64,000 nucleotides of DNA from Nitrospirales bacterium (GTDB lineage: Bacteria > Nitrospirota > Nitrospiria > Nitrospirales > UBA8639), in the NCBI GenBank assembly GCA_965203295.1, contig CBDBCZ010000017.1:224001-288000 (forward strand), in the 5' to 3' direction. The notes under the pieces were generated by a model. That model was not told where the DNA came from. It did no database searches and saw nothing but the letters and a program-made list of their open reading frames with translations. How positions within the stretch are numbered: the stretch's first letter is position 1; every line of letters begins with the position of its first letter. The position numbers were made by a program, and so were the translations under genes. Shown in pieces: positions 51,107 to 64,000 of this stretch.

Positions 51107-52235
51107 TTACACTGAAAACTGGCTATGGCCTATAGCCTTCCAGAGACAATGAACTACATGACTAGTGTTTTAGGCAATAATAACTTCTTAGCTAGCTGCA
51201 TGGATATAATATTTAATTTATGTATGTTTCTTATTGACATTTGGTATACCTAAGCACAGAATGCCTTATATACAGCTGTAAATAATGTTACACTACCTAA
51301 GGGATACGACACATGTAGAAGTAAAAACTGGCGTCTTCGAATCACATCAATGTAAGTCTCTAAGCTAGCTGTATTTACCAAATAGCATGCTACGAGTCTG
51401 TCAGTGCAGGAGTGAAAACACCTGATCATGGGTGTTTCAGTGACTCAGACTAATAGACACCTGGTTGACTCTTAGTCTGAGCCTCCATCATATCCACAAG
51501 GATCGATGTACCATAAACTCTGGGGTATAAATACCCATCAAATACAAGTACCCATTAAACCCGTTGCTGTCCACTTCCTGAATAGTAGTACCCATGCAGA
51601 AAGTACACAGCTGCAGCGAATATAGCTAAGTACCCTTCTGGCAACTAAGTAAACTGGGATGTACATAATTAAATAAGGTTGCTAGGAATGTAATTAATTC
51701 AACGTAAAGCAATCTTAGGACAGCCACGCGTTCCGGTTGGTAAAAAGCGTCATTAACCTTTCATAACAGAATTACAATAGCCCCTTTACCGCTATTACGT
51801 CATAACAATTTTTTTTTTTTTTTTTTTTAGCGCGCGTAGAATATATAAATCATACAATACAATACAATACAATACAATACAAAAAAACAAAAAACAAAAC
51901 AAAAAAAACAAAAAAAAAAACAACAATTTATATTGCGTACGCGTGTGGGGGGAAAGTGCGTACTAATTGGAATTGAAGATTTCGTTGTCAGACTAGCGGG
52001 CGTTTTCGAGCTTTTGTATTTGCAGTGGAAGACAAATTTGCAGGTTTATTGTAAGTGTTATATGAGTGTATAGTGATAGCGTGGATAATTTGAATTAAAA
52101 TGACCATTGGTGGTTTGTAGATTATAGGTACATTGTAGGCCGTGTAGGCTGGTCAGTAGCTACTGTGCTGTGAGGAAGTGAGTATTAAAAGCGAGATTAC
52201 GAATTGAGAAAGTTTTGTGGACTTAAGACCTTGAA

Positions 52236-52312
52236 ATGCCCAAGAATTGGGCCATTTCTGGTTGTAGGAGCAGGTCTAACAAGGAAGGAAGTGCATCCGT
52301 GTCATTTCATCT
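52236..52312 (+). mobile_element. THAP-domain start remnant (DNA transposon relic)
   Basis: MPKNWAISGCRSRSNKE..VSFH fits the THAP pattern M-x3-C-x4-C...SFH with the first C changed to W. Confidence 0.45.
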
Positions 52313-52547
52313 GAGGCATATAATTAAGTGGCTTGTAAGTATCGAAAGTCACTGGCATGCTTTGCCTTTTTCTGTTTTTTTTTTTTCTGCTGGTCAAGGA
52401 TCTTGTAAGTCTCATGGTTGGGTGCATATTTAAATTAGCTCACTGCTATTTTTAAATTAGACTAAGTACCTGTGCATAGTAAATGCATAAACCTTTCATT
52501 GAGAAAACAGAACAATATCAAAAAGTCAAAACATCTTTTTTTTACAG

Positions 52548-55215
52548 TGACAGCAAGTACATCAACACCAGCAATGCCAATGTCGACTACTGACATCCCC
52601 ATCAAATACATCAATGATACTGGTTCTACTGATTTTTCAGTAGTAGTGTTCACGAAGAACTTCAGTGTTGATACTCCTAAGACATACTTTGCAGCCTGGG
52701 AAGTTATCCGCGTCCAAACTTCCTCTGGATTTGTATATCCTATAACAACTTCTGTTGGAGCATCATATCAACATCATGATCAACACAACACGATGGGTCC
52801 CTTTGGTGCTGAGCCGGGATCAACCTGGGAAATTAATCAGAATAATCCAGCAACTGCTCCTCTTATAATGCCAGGTTTGTACGCATGCAGTGCGACCAAT
52901 CATCGGATGTGTTACTGTAAATTAGTGGTCTGGTGTGCTTGCATGCGTCATTGGCCAAAATTGATTACAGTCAACTCTCTCTTAACGGACGCTCCGAATA
53001 GCGGACTCACACGTTATAGCGGACACAGCTCCATGCACGGATTGATTTCCCTATATTAGTATACAAAAAAAACTCCCGACTAACGGACTCTCTAGTTTCC
53101 GGACAGCGGACACTTCAGATTGAACACTGTAGTACAATACAATGATAGTCGTTTCCTGGCTAACAGACAGTGGGCGGGGCATAACAATCAATGCATGCAT
53201 ATCGCATGTACAATTTATTAATAAGTATGTACAGTCAATCTACAAACTTGAATCACTCTCTCTTGAATCACAAAGGTTCTCTCTCTTAAATCACAAAAGT
53301 TCTCTCTCTTGAATCACAAAATTTCTCTCTCTTGTGGCTGTGACACCATGACTCATTCTGACTCGCGCTCGACTAGCTCTATAGTCTATACTGTACTGCT
53401 TTGATACACTGACGTAGAAATTGCGCCATTTGAATTGGAAACCGTAAGCACGTGACTAATCTACCCGGTATTAGTGCTGATAATCATACACAGACTACAA
53501 TTGATCAATACTTTTCATAATTTTGAACTGTTGAGTCATTGAATGCTTATATTAAAGTTATTTTAACATCATTTAAGCATGAATTTTTTAAAACTCCCCA
53601 ATAAAGGACACTCTCTAAATAAAGGACAAAGGCTGTCGTACCAAAGTGTCCGCTATTTGGAGAGTTGACTGTATGACTAGTTCTGTGAACCAGTCTCCTA
53701 TACGCACTGTGTGTTTCTTGGCAAAGTATACTACGAGAGCTTGCCTGCGGACATTTATGCCACATGCCTTTATATCTAACATAGCTAACTATACTTTACC
53801 GTAGATTGGGAAACTTTCGCATATATTTTTTTTGCGGAAGAAATATTTGCGCGATTAATTTTCGCCACGTGGTGAAAAATTGAGTGTGGGTTAAACACAT
53901 ATATATCCCACTCACCCTTGTTACTTAGGTTACTAGAAGTCGTTATGAGTCATATTGACTTCCCTTTAGGTAAAAGGCTGGTATAACTCATACCGACTTC
54001 CCTTATAGGGTAACAATTTCATCCAATCAGACTATCATGCATTTATACAATATTATACTGCATTATGTGTAGCTGTACTTTACATGCATGCATTCAGGCA
54101 CAATATTTAGCATATACATAATACATTATAGTTAGCGTGAGTTACTGAATAGGTTCAATATAATAATGGCAGCAATGAGCGTGTCAATATATCCACCTCA
54201 GTGTGTCTGTAACTGTAAAAGCGGGTGGGAGGGGCTCAATACTGTCTTCCGAGTGGAGAAGCTCTGAATTAACCCCTGGACAGGCGGTCCAGTCGCACAT
54301 AACGAGGCAAGACGGCGAGTAAGGACTAGCGGCCTCAGCTTCTTCCATTATAAAGCCAGAATGTGAATCGTTGCTACGTGCTAACGTTGCTATAGTTCGT
54401 GGCCCCCGTGGACTGACCAATCAGATGGGATATATAACACTAACAGTACAGTTGTCAGGGATTTATGGCTATGTAAACAAACCTCGTCCTCGGGCTATCG
54501 CCCTCAAACTCTGTTCGTTTACTGCCATGAATCCCTGACAACTGTACTATAACTATAACTTTAGACGACAAAATTTCCCGATCTAAGGTACATGTATTGT
54601 TTGTCATAATTTTGCCTTATCTGTTGAAATTCCATTCCTCTCCACACAGTTCCAATAATGTAGACCTTGAGTTATGCTTGACTAATATTGGCCATTGGCA
54701 TGCATACTATAGAAAGGCCAGCACCACCTTTTGCTCTCCCATAGAAGCTCATGTCTCCCATTATAATATTATAGCTAGCGATGTATATCAGCACATTGAT
54801 GCAGGATATGGTTTTCCTTGCAGTGGCTGCTGTTCCCAATCCCAACAATACTATCGTGGTGAAGAATACACCTCCTCTCGGTGGTGCATGGTCCGGTCGA
54901 ATGTACGATGTCTCTCTGTATAAGAGTGGTAAGGTATTGATAACCCAGAAAGATGTGCACGTTGGCAGCCAAGCTATCTTAGAGCTGAAGCCAGAACTTT
55001 TCTTTGGAGTTGTTCACAACCTACAAGTTGGAGACATATTTACATCTCTCAACAAAACCGAAGCGCCTACAGCTTTTGACCTCAGCCAGTACCCCAATGG
55101 CCTGATGGTGACCCTCACCCAGGAGCCAGTTGGAGGCCAGTACACGTTTATAGGAGGACAAATGCCAGCACCTGAATATGGAAGATGTGAGCATCGTTTA
55201 AAGGCTAGTCTTTGA
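52548..55215 (+). CDS. Family gene A3, ~230 aa from ATG 52574; upstream exon not identified
   Basis: Acceptor tttttacag|52548; exon to 52874 (G|GT); last exon 54824-55215. Confidence 0.82.
52966..53673. mobile_element. Pogo/Tigger-like MITE
   Basis: TACAGTCAACTCTC...GAGAGTTGACTGTA. Confidence 0.8.
53797..54590. mobile_element. TA-flanked MITE interrupted by a hairpin-type element
   Basis: TACCGTAGATTGGGAAA...TTTCCCGATCTAAGGTA; palindrome at 54445-54548 centred on CCTCGGGCTATCGCCCTC. Confidence 0.6.
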
Positions 55216-57597
55216 AACCCTATAGCTAAAACTACATTACTGACTTATTCTTTTTGTTAAATAGTTTGATTGTAGATTGAAACACACAATAGCTATTGCT
55301 CATAATTGTGTTATGAGTTGGTCACCATGCATGCAGCTGTTTCTTCTGTGCTGTGGACTAATATATGGATATACTGCACACCGAGCTACAGTGGACTGTA
55401 TACTCCTAGCTGCTTGTGGTAAAGTATCACTAATATAATATTCAGAAGGTCCTGGGTTTAATCCACAGCTGGGTGGCTCCCTCCCGTTTTCTTTTTTCAC
55501 ACAGCTTTTCATCTCGAGTTTGCAATGGTACACAATTTACTTTCACCATGCACATGCAATGATGCACTGATGACAGAAAGGGCATATCTAGCAGGTAGCA
55601 TGGGCTGCTAAACTCCATGCTCCCATTCTAGTTTGTAGTGGTACACCTTGTATGACTGTACCATGTACCGAACGCTCTACTCTGAAGAGCTCCCCTTAGA
55701 GCAGTCCCAGGCCAAAGGTCACATGGAAGGAGGATGGTCCAATCCTCACTGGCTGGGTTGTACTGGAAGACGAGGCTATATACCCCTTCCACAAGCACCT
55801 GCATCCGAGTCCAGTCAAGGGACATACTCTTTCTTTCAAAAGAGTATAATTTTTATTTCGTACCGGAAGAATAATAGTCGTACGTAGCGAATAACACTCT
55901 GCCGTTGCAGCATTTTCTTGTTACTTTAAATTATGCCAGTACCGGAAACAGTTTCGGTTTCGGGGTCTGAAATGTAGTTTCCAGTGTGCGCATAATCCTC
56001 ATCCCAAGCCTCACTTTTTATTCAGCCTTTTTTCTTGGTCGTACAGTGTTGCCGTTATTGAAAGCAAACATTAATTTGTGATACTAGGAAGAATAAATCC
56101 TGTTCTTAGGAGACCTTACGTACGAAATCTGCCTGTGTCTGTGGGTGCTAATAGTGTAAGCATTACAGCAGCAAGATGAGTATTACTAACCATTACAAAA
56201 TGTAAGTGTATTATGCTAATACTAGTGGTAAATCCAAGAAAAATGTTTGGTTGCTAGCTATAAGTCCATGCAGTTCACCCCGAATCTCACATTACTAACT
56301 AGCCATTTCAAGCCCATTTGCTTTGGTTTTTATGTATGTGGCTTTGAATATTGAAAGGAGATTTGAAATGGTGACTGTAGTTGACCAGACTGTCATTAGG
56401 TGATGTATAAGGTTTATGTTATTATAGCTGTTAATAGATTTGGACCTATAATTGCTCCATCTGGATGCCCTGAAGTATAAGATGTGAAAAATTATATTAG
56501 CTGAATAGAAAATGTTTCCTTTCCTGCTAATTGCAGCCTGGCAGCAATACAAATTAAAGGCACCGCTCAACACTACTGGCCATTGCTGACTTGCCAGTGC
56601 TCTGCCTTCTTCCGAGTGCATGTTGTACACGAATGTGTACGGCAGAATATCCTTGAATAATAAGGACAAACAACACTACTGACACTCAGTGACGTGATAT
56701 GGTAGCAAAACAGGGAAGGGACAGTCCAACATCTGTATACATGATCATGCCTGTGTGTTTATTGCTGGTTACTTGGCCACTGGAAGCAGTGCAACCACTG
56801 ACGCTCCAGCTTGCTGTACCACACTATACCTGTGTCGCACTGTGCATGGGGGTAGTCTCGTGACCAAATCTAGACCATTGATTCAGAAACGGTGGTCTGG
56901 GATCATTTCTATGTCAAATTTGCTCTCAGACTGCCGTAATGAGATTTATTTATCCCTACGTACATGACGTCGACGTATTCTAATTCCTGCCACAGCTATG
57001 GATGCGGCAGGATAATTTGAAATAGCAATGATTCCAGACCACCGTTTTTTTTTGCGTGGTCTGGTCACAAGACTAACATGGGGGTTGGTGGACAGCTAGC
57101 TAACTGACAGAATGACTGAGTTGGGGAGATACCAATTCCGGAGAGGACATGTCCACAAGGAGGCACCGTGCAGATTCCTGATGACAACAGTACGTTAACC
57201 TTTTATTGTGCGGTACTGTAGTTTAGCTGCGATCTGGAAGAAGTTCAATATTACTGCTCAGTCTGAGAAGTATTCACAATAAAATTTCATCCTTCTGCCT
57301 ATTTTGCTTTGTTGGGTAAAATTGATAGCCCATTTTGCTTGCATAAGTGTTTATTCTTTTGGTTGCCTATTTTGCTCAAAATTCTTCTAGCAGATTGTGA
57401 TCCCTGACTATAGAAGTACAGTATTGCCTTGACATATAGTGGTCCTTGAATAATAAGGACACACAATACTACTGACTTGCAGGTGCTCTGCCTTTTTCCG
57501 AGTGTTGTATACATACATATGTGTTCAGCAGGAAGTCCTTGAATAATAAGGACATACAAGATCACTGACTTGCAGGTGCTCTGCTGCCCTCTTTCGA

Positions 57598-58136
57598 GTG
57601 TTGTATGTGTACAGCAGGATTACCTTGAATAATAAGGACATGCAACACTACTGGTCACTGCTGACTTGCCAGTGCTCTCGTTTCTTTTGAGTGTTACATG
57701 TGTACAGCAAGATTACCTTGAATAATAAGGACATGCAACACTACTGGTCTCTGCTGACTTGCCAGTGCTCTCGTTTCTTTTGAGTGTTACATGTGTACAG
57801 CAAGATTACCTTGAATAATAAGGACATGCAACACTACTGGTCTCTGCTGACTTGCCAGTGCTCTCGTTTCTTTTGAGTGTTACATGTGTACAGCAAGATT
57901 ACCTTGAATAATAAGGACATGCAACACTACTGGTCTCTGCTGACTTGCCAGTGCTCTCGTTTCTTTTGAGTGTTACATGTGTACAGCAAGATTACCTTGA
58001 ATAATAAGGACATGCAACACTACTGGTCACTGCTGACTTGCCAGTGCTCTGCCTTCTTTCGAGTGTTGCATGTGTACAGCAAGATTACCTTGAATAATAA
58101 GGACATGCAACACTTCTGGTCACTGCTGACTTGCCA
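57598..58136. repeat. 93-bp tandem repeat, ~6 copies
   Basis: gtgttacatgtgtacagcaagattaccttgaataataaggac... recurs at 57691, 57784, 57877 and 57970. Confidence 0.92.
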
Positions 58137-58169
58137 GAGGATCTACAACCAATCACCATCAGAGGGACT

Positions 58170-58755
58170 CCATTGAGGCTGTGTCTAAGTTTAAGTACAT
58201 GTACCTTGGTTCAGTTGTGGAGGTGCAAGGAGAAGTGCTGAAGGCCGGACGCGGAGAGCAGGATTGCCAAAGCATCACTGTGCGGAGTCTGACCTATTAT
58301 CCAGAATAGCAGTCTGTCCCGGAGGAAAGTATATCGTGCTGTGATCCTGGGAGTATTACTATATGGGGCTGAGGCATGGGTGAATAAGAGAGTTGCCACA
58401 AGGAAACTGGAGTCCTTTATCAACAGGTGTCTTAGGTGCATCCTCGGCATCACCAAAGCACAGCAATGCATTGGTCGTATCACCAGTGCTGATGTCAGGA
58501 GGAGATTTGGAGTGGAGGAGATTCTCAAGGATGTGGTGGTGGCCACGTTGGCTGGGTCATGTTGCTCACATGGATGACTCTCGTTTGCCTAATAGGCTGT
58601 TGTTTGGCTGCCATGGCTACCACAGTGGGGACCTGCCCATGAAGCGATGGAGTAAGGAAAGACTTGAAGCATTTTGGAGTAGATGAAAACAGCTGGTTTC
58701 GTGTGGCGAAAGACAGAGGACAGTGGAGGGCTACATGCAAAGAGGGTCTCAAGGT
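58170..58755 (+). mobile_element. RTE-clade LINE 3' remnant
   Basis: LLYGAEAW, RCLRCILGI, RWLGHVAHMDDSRLP..LLFG and AKDRGQWR motifs across frameshifts. Confidence 0.8.
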
Positions 58756-60354
58756 ACGTACTGAATATTCACTGCCAAAATGCTTACTTAAAGCAACGAA
58801 TGAAGCGGTTAGTACAGTTGCAGTGAGTACTGTACTAGCTCAGACTCAAATTGTTTATGCCCTACTTCAAACTCTTGTGTACCAACAATTGTGTTGTAGA
58901 GTAATTCTATTATTGTGTGCCTGCATGTTAAATATTGGTGTGCATCTCATGCATTAAAATTATTAAGGCTGTTTCTGCCTTACCCTTGTATACTTTTCTG
59001 AGAATCAAGTAACATGTGTGGTTTCTAGCAGGAAAAGCACAGGAAAAGGTATTCAACCCCTCAAGTTAATTACATGTGTGGTTTCTAGCATAGGAAAAGG
59101 TATTCAATTCCTCAAATTATGTGTGGTTTCTATAGGAGGAAAAGCACAGGAAAAGGTATTCAACCCCTCAAGTTACATGTGTGGTTTCTAGCATGATAGG
59201 AAAAGCACAGGAAAAGGTATTCAATCCCTCAAGTTAACTACATGTGTGGTTTCTATCATAAGAAAAGGTATTCAATTCCTCAAATTATGTGTGGTTTCTA
59301 TAGGAGGAAAAGCACAGGAAAAGGTATTCAACCCCACAAGTTACACGTGTGGTTTCTAGCATGATAGGAAAAGCAGAGGAAAAAGGTCTTCAAGTTACAT
59401 GTATCGTTTCTTGCTGGTTACTAGGCCACTGGAGCAGTGCAACCAGTGATGCTCCAGTCTTCTTCAGCTTGCTGTACCGCACTACCTGTGTCGCACTGTG
59501 CATGGGGGTAGTATCGTGACCAAATCTAGACCATTGATTCAGAAACGGTGGTCTGGGATCAGTCTATTTCAAATTTGTTCGCAGACTGCTGTTTTTTGCG
59601 TGGTCTGGTCACGAGACTAGCATGGGGGTGGGTGGACAGCTAGCTAACTGACAGAATGACTGAGTTGGGAGGATGCCAATTCCGGAGAGGACATGTCCAT
59701 AAGGAGGCACCATGCTGTTTCCTCACGATGACAGTGCGTTAACCTTTTATTGCGCGGTACTGTTACAGTATTTAGCTGCAATCTGAAAGCGCAGGAAGTT
59801 CATTATTACTGCTCAGTAGAAATATTCACAATAAAATTTCATCCTTCTGCCTATTTTGCTTTGTTGGGTAAAATTGATAGCCCAATTTGCTTGCATAATT
59901 GCTTATTTCTTTTGGTTGCCTATTTTGCTCAAAATTCTGCTAGCAAATTTTGTCAAGGCGTACTGGTGATCTCTGACTATAGAAGTACAGTATTGCCTTG
60001 ACATATAGTGGTCCTTGAATATTAAGGACATACAACATTACTGACTTGCAGGTGCTCTGCCTTTTTCCGAGTGTTGTATATTATGTGTACAGCAGGATTA
60101 CCTTGAATAATAAGGACACACAGGACCACTGACTTGCAGGAGTGTTGTATGTGTACAGCAGGATTACCTTGAATAATAAGAACGTGCAACACTACTGGTC
60201 ACTGCTGACTTTCCAGTGCTCTGGCTTCTTCAGAGTGTTGTATGTGCTGAGCGTTGGAATTATTTTTCTGAATTACTGGTAACAAGGGTAACCAAGTAAC
60301 TAGTACCTCCGGCATGTAATCCTATCTATAATGGTAGGGGAAAGTATTAGGAAA

Positions 60355-60702
<348 letters not shown>

Positions 60703-61136
60703 AACCAATAACCAAGCCTTAATTGAGCCACTACCGGAAACTACTTCTCAGACTCTGACTCCGGGTCTTGAATGGCTTCAGTATGCGCCAAGTATAATTA
60801 TATTAAACGAACTTGAAGAAACTGAAATAAACATTTGTGTGACTCTGCAAAGTATAATACGACTCTCACTCTTCCTAACCGGTAAGAGCAGTGTGTTAAT
60901 TTATTGTCATAATCAAGCTTTCTGAAAATAAATATCTTCATTCGTTTTGCTCTAGCGTATTTTTTGTATGAATTAGCTACTAGTACTGTTTCATCATGTA
61001 TAGACATAATTTGCCGAGAACCGCAAAAACGGCAGTTACAATTGTGAGAGTAAACATTTAAGGCTAAAGATTTAAATACAAACCTTTCTTTGAGAAAACA
61101 GAACAAAAATAAACAGTAATACATATTTTCTTACAG

Positions 61137-63620
61137 CGACAGAGAGTACACTGATGGCAGCAATACCAATGACGACTACTGGTGACATCCCCATCAAATA
61201 CATCAATAATACTGATACAACTGATTCTTCAGTAGTAGTGTTTACGAAGAACTTCTTTCATGATGCTCCTGAGACATACGTAGCCTGGGAAGTTATCTGC
61301 GTCCAAACTTCCTCTGAATTTGTATATCCTATAACAACTTCTGTTGGAGCATCATATCAGCTTGGAGATCAACACAACACGATGGGTCCCTTTGGTGCTG
61401 AGCTGGGATCAACCTGGGAAATTAATCAGGATGATCAAGCAACCGCTCCTCTTTTAAAGCCAGGTTTGTACGCATGCAGTGTGATCGATCGTCGGATGTG
61501 TCACTGGTACGGTACATGTATATTAGACTCCTGTACACATACATGTAGTTCCAATTGCAAGTTCCTGATACGATTAGCCCTTTGCGTGGGTGGAACAAAG
61601 GTACCGACAGGGCAATATATGCCGTGGAGCTTTGAGTACGCTCATATTGCCCTGCGGTTGGGGCAATATATATAGGTTATACGATGAAAGCGAGGGGTCT
61701 ACGGGGTTTATAGCCCCGCGGAAACCGCTATAGACACCCGCGCGCGAAGCGCAAGGGTGTCTATAGCGGTTTCCAAGGGGCTATAAACCCCGTAGACCCC
61801 GAGGGTTTATCGTGTAAGGTATTTATACTATAACCAATCAGATCCGTTTCGCGTTAGCAACAAAACTAGCTAGCAACAGATACTTATAGATATTAAAAAT
61901 TCAGAATGAGTGAGCTCTCAAGCTAGAGAAATGAAAGCCGCAAGCGGCAGCAGACTCTCGATACCGAACGATAATAATTATCACCGCCACTTAAATACTT
62001 ACCAGCCTAGGCTCGTCGTCCGACGCATCCCGCATCCACTCTAACATTTATTAACAGCTGGTCACTCAAGAGGTCCTTTGTGCTACCTGAAGTATCACGG
62101 TTGCTATGCTCTAAATTGGTTAGATATCTCGTCCAATGGGATCTACGCGATTTAGAAACGAAATGAAAGCCGCAAGCGGCAGCAGACTCTCGATACCGAA
62201 CGATAATAATTATCACCGCCACTTAAGTACTTACCAGCCTGGCTCGTCGCCCGACGCATCCCGTATCAAAAGTATACTGTTGTCTTATTTAATGCTCTAT
62301 TGCTACTGGTACATGTACATTCAGTATTATAAATGTAATTTCAGTTACAGGGGGTATAAGTTGAATCACAAGTAGTATAAGTCATTTAGACACCTGGAAG
62401 TGACCAATCAGAATGCAGTATTTCATTGCAGTATAGTATAAAGTAATTTATACCACATTACATCATCAACAATAAAAATGATTGGCTAAAAAGTGTGGGT
62501 TATATAGGTTCATAACCCACACTTTTGCTACGTTGCTACGCAGCGAAGATTGTACGCATGCGCAACGTGGTATAAGTGAGATAGACCACACCCACTCGTG
62601 TGTTATGCGCTATAACCCACTTGTTTGCATTTATCCCTCGGCTTCGCCTCGGGATAACCGCAAACTCGTGGGTTATATAGGCGCATAACCCACTCTTTTG
62701 CGTGGTCTATCCTATACATATATTGCCCTGTGGTCTAGGACTTACTCACTGCACGCGCACCATCCAGCACTGATTACATAACAGTGACAGCTGATTACAT
62801 AACAGTGACAGCTGATTACAACTTGCACACGCTCAGTGTTGTACTACCTCAAGCAGATAATTATATAGTTTTCATAAACAGTACACTCTATGGTAAAGAT
62901 TTCAATGCTATTGTTTACCTAGCATCAGATAACTATACCAGATATTCTGAAGAAATAGTCTAACAGCCATGCCACATGTATATATACCGTTCCACTTCAA
63001 ATCAGAACATGCAAGCATGCATATAGTCCCCATTTGTCATAATTTGGCCTTAACTGTACGTGTTGAAATTCCATTCCTCTCCACACAGTTCCAGAAAATT
63101 AATGTAGACCTCAAATAATGCATAACTAATGTTGGTCAATGGATTACATACCAGGCCAGCATCCCCTTTGCTCCCATAGAAGCTCATGTCTCCCATTATA
63201 GCTAGCAATGTATATCAGCACACAGAATCGAAATAGGTCATAATTTTCCTTGCAGTGGCTGCTGATCCCAATCCCAACAATACTATCGTGGTGAAGAATA
63301 CACCTCCTCTCGGTGGCACATGGACCGGTCGAATGTACGATGCTTCCCTCTACAAGAGTGGTAAGGTTTTGGTAACCCAGAAAGATGTGAACGTTGGCGG
63401 CCAAGCTAACTTAGAGCTGCAGCAGCCAATACTTTTCTTTGGAGTTGTTCGCAACCTGAACGTTGGAGACACATTTACATCTCTCGATATAACTGAAGCG
63501 CTTACAGAGTTTGACCTCAGCCAGTTCCCCAATGGCCTGATAGTGACCCTCACCCAGGAGCCAGTTGGAGGCCAGTACACGTTTACTGGAGGACAAATGC
63601 CAGCACCCGAAAAATGCTGA
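61137..63620 (+). CDS. Family gene A4, ~224 aa from ATG 61154; upstream exon not identified
   Basis: Acceptor ttttcttacag|61137; exon to 61463; last exon 63256-63620. Confidence 0.83.
61610..62735. mobile_element. Stack of hairpin-type repeats in the A4 intron
   Basis: Palindromes at 61672-61822 and 62581-62710 (the latter also at ~49386-49505); internal duplication 61929-62038 / 62160-62265. Confidence 0.65.
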
Positions 63621-64000
63621 AATGACCTGAAGATGGAAAAGATGTGAGCATCGTTTAAAGGCTTTTCTTTGAAACCCTGTAGCTAACTCAAACTACGTTT
63701 TTACTGACTTATTCTTTTTGTTAATGAGTTTGATTGTAAATTGAAACACAATAACTAAACTTGCTCATAATTGTGTTATGAGTTGGTCACCATGCAGTTA
63801 TTCCCTATACATGCTGTGGGCTAATGCATGTACCAGATCCATACACCCTAGGGTGTATGGTTGCAGGCAACTAAGGCTTCAGGATAGCTTATGTTATGAG
63901 TTAGCAGTGCCTTTAAATTGTATGGCTGCCGAGCTGCAATTAGCAGGAAAGGGTACATTTTCTATTCAGCTAATTTTTCACATCCTATACTTCGGAGCGA

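Larger units (their letters stand above)
56770..60250. repeat. Local duplication (~56770-57560 vs ~59415-60250) enclosing tandem arrays
   Basis: Collinear near-identical blocks; a ~50-60-bp array at 59010-59400. Confidence 0.75.

Overview
Repeat-rich, intron-containing eukaryotic DNA (GT-AG introns, microsatellites, LINEs, MITEs). It is probably an invertebrate animal; a sponge is a guess. Bases 1-6249 are the 5' part of an apparently intact Ty3/Gypsy LTR retrotransposon on the minus strand: LTR, tRNA-Pro-like PBS, and one gag-PR-RT-RNaseH ORF running off the left edge. The rest is a tandem cluster of 12 copies (11 apparently intact, 1 questionable) plus at least 6 fragments of one uncharacterised, predicted beta-strand-rich gene family with a ~195-230 aa core. 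All copies split the core into two exons at the same phase-1 intron. There are two subfamilies, here called A (4 genes) and B (8 genes). The head-to-head pair A1/A2 carries an extra 52-codon exon that looks like a mitochondrial presequence. From memory, unverified, the core resembles a bacterial hypothetical protein family, so the cluster may derive from horizontal transfer. The cluster also shows paralog mosaicism, an inversion that splits a MITE, and a possible intron gain by tandem duplication. Gene models are read from the sequence alone, with no transcript evidence.
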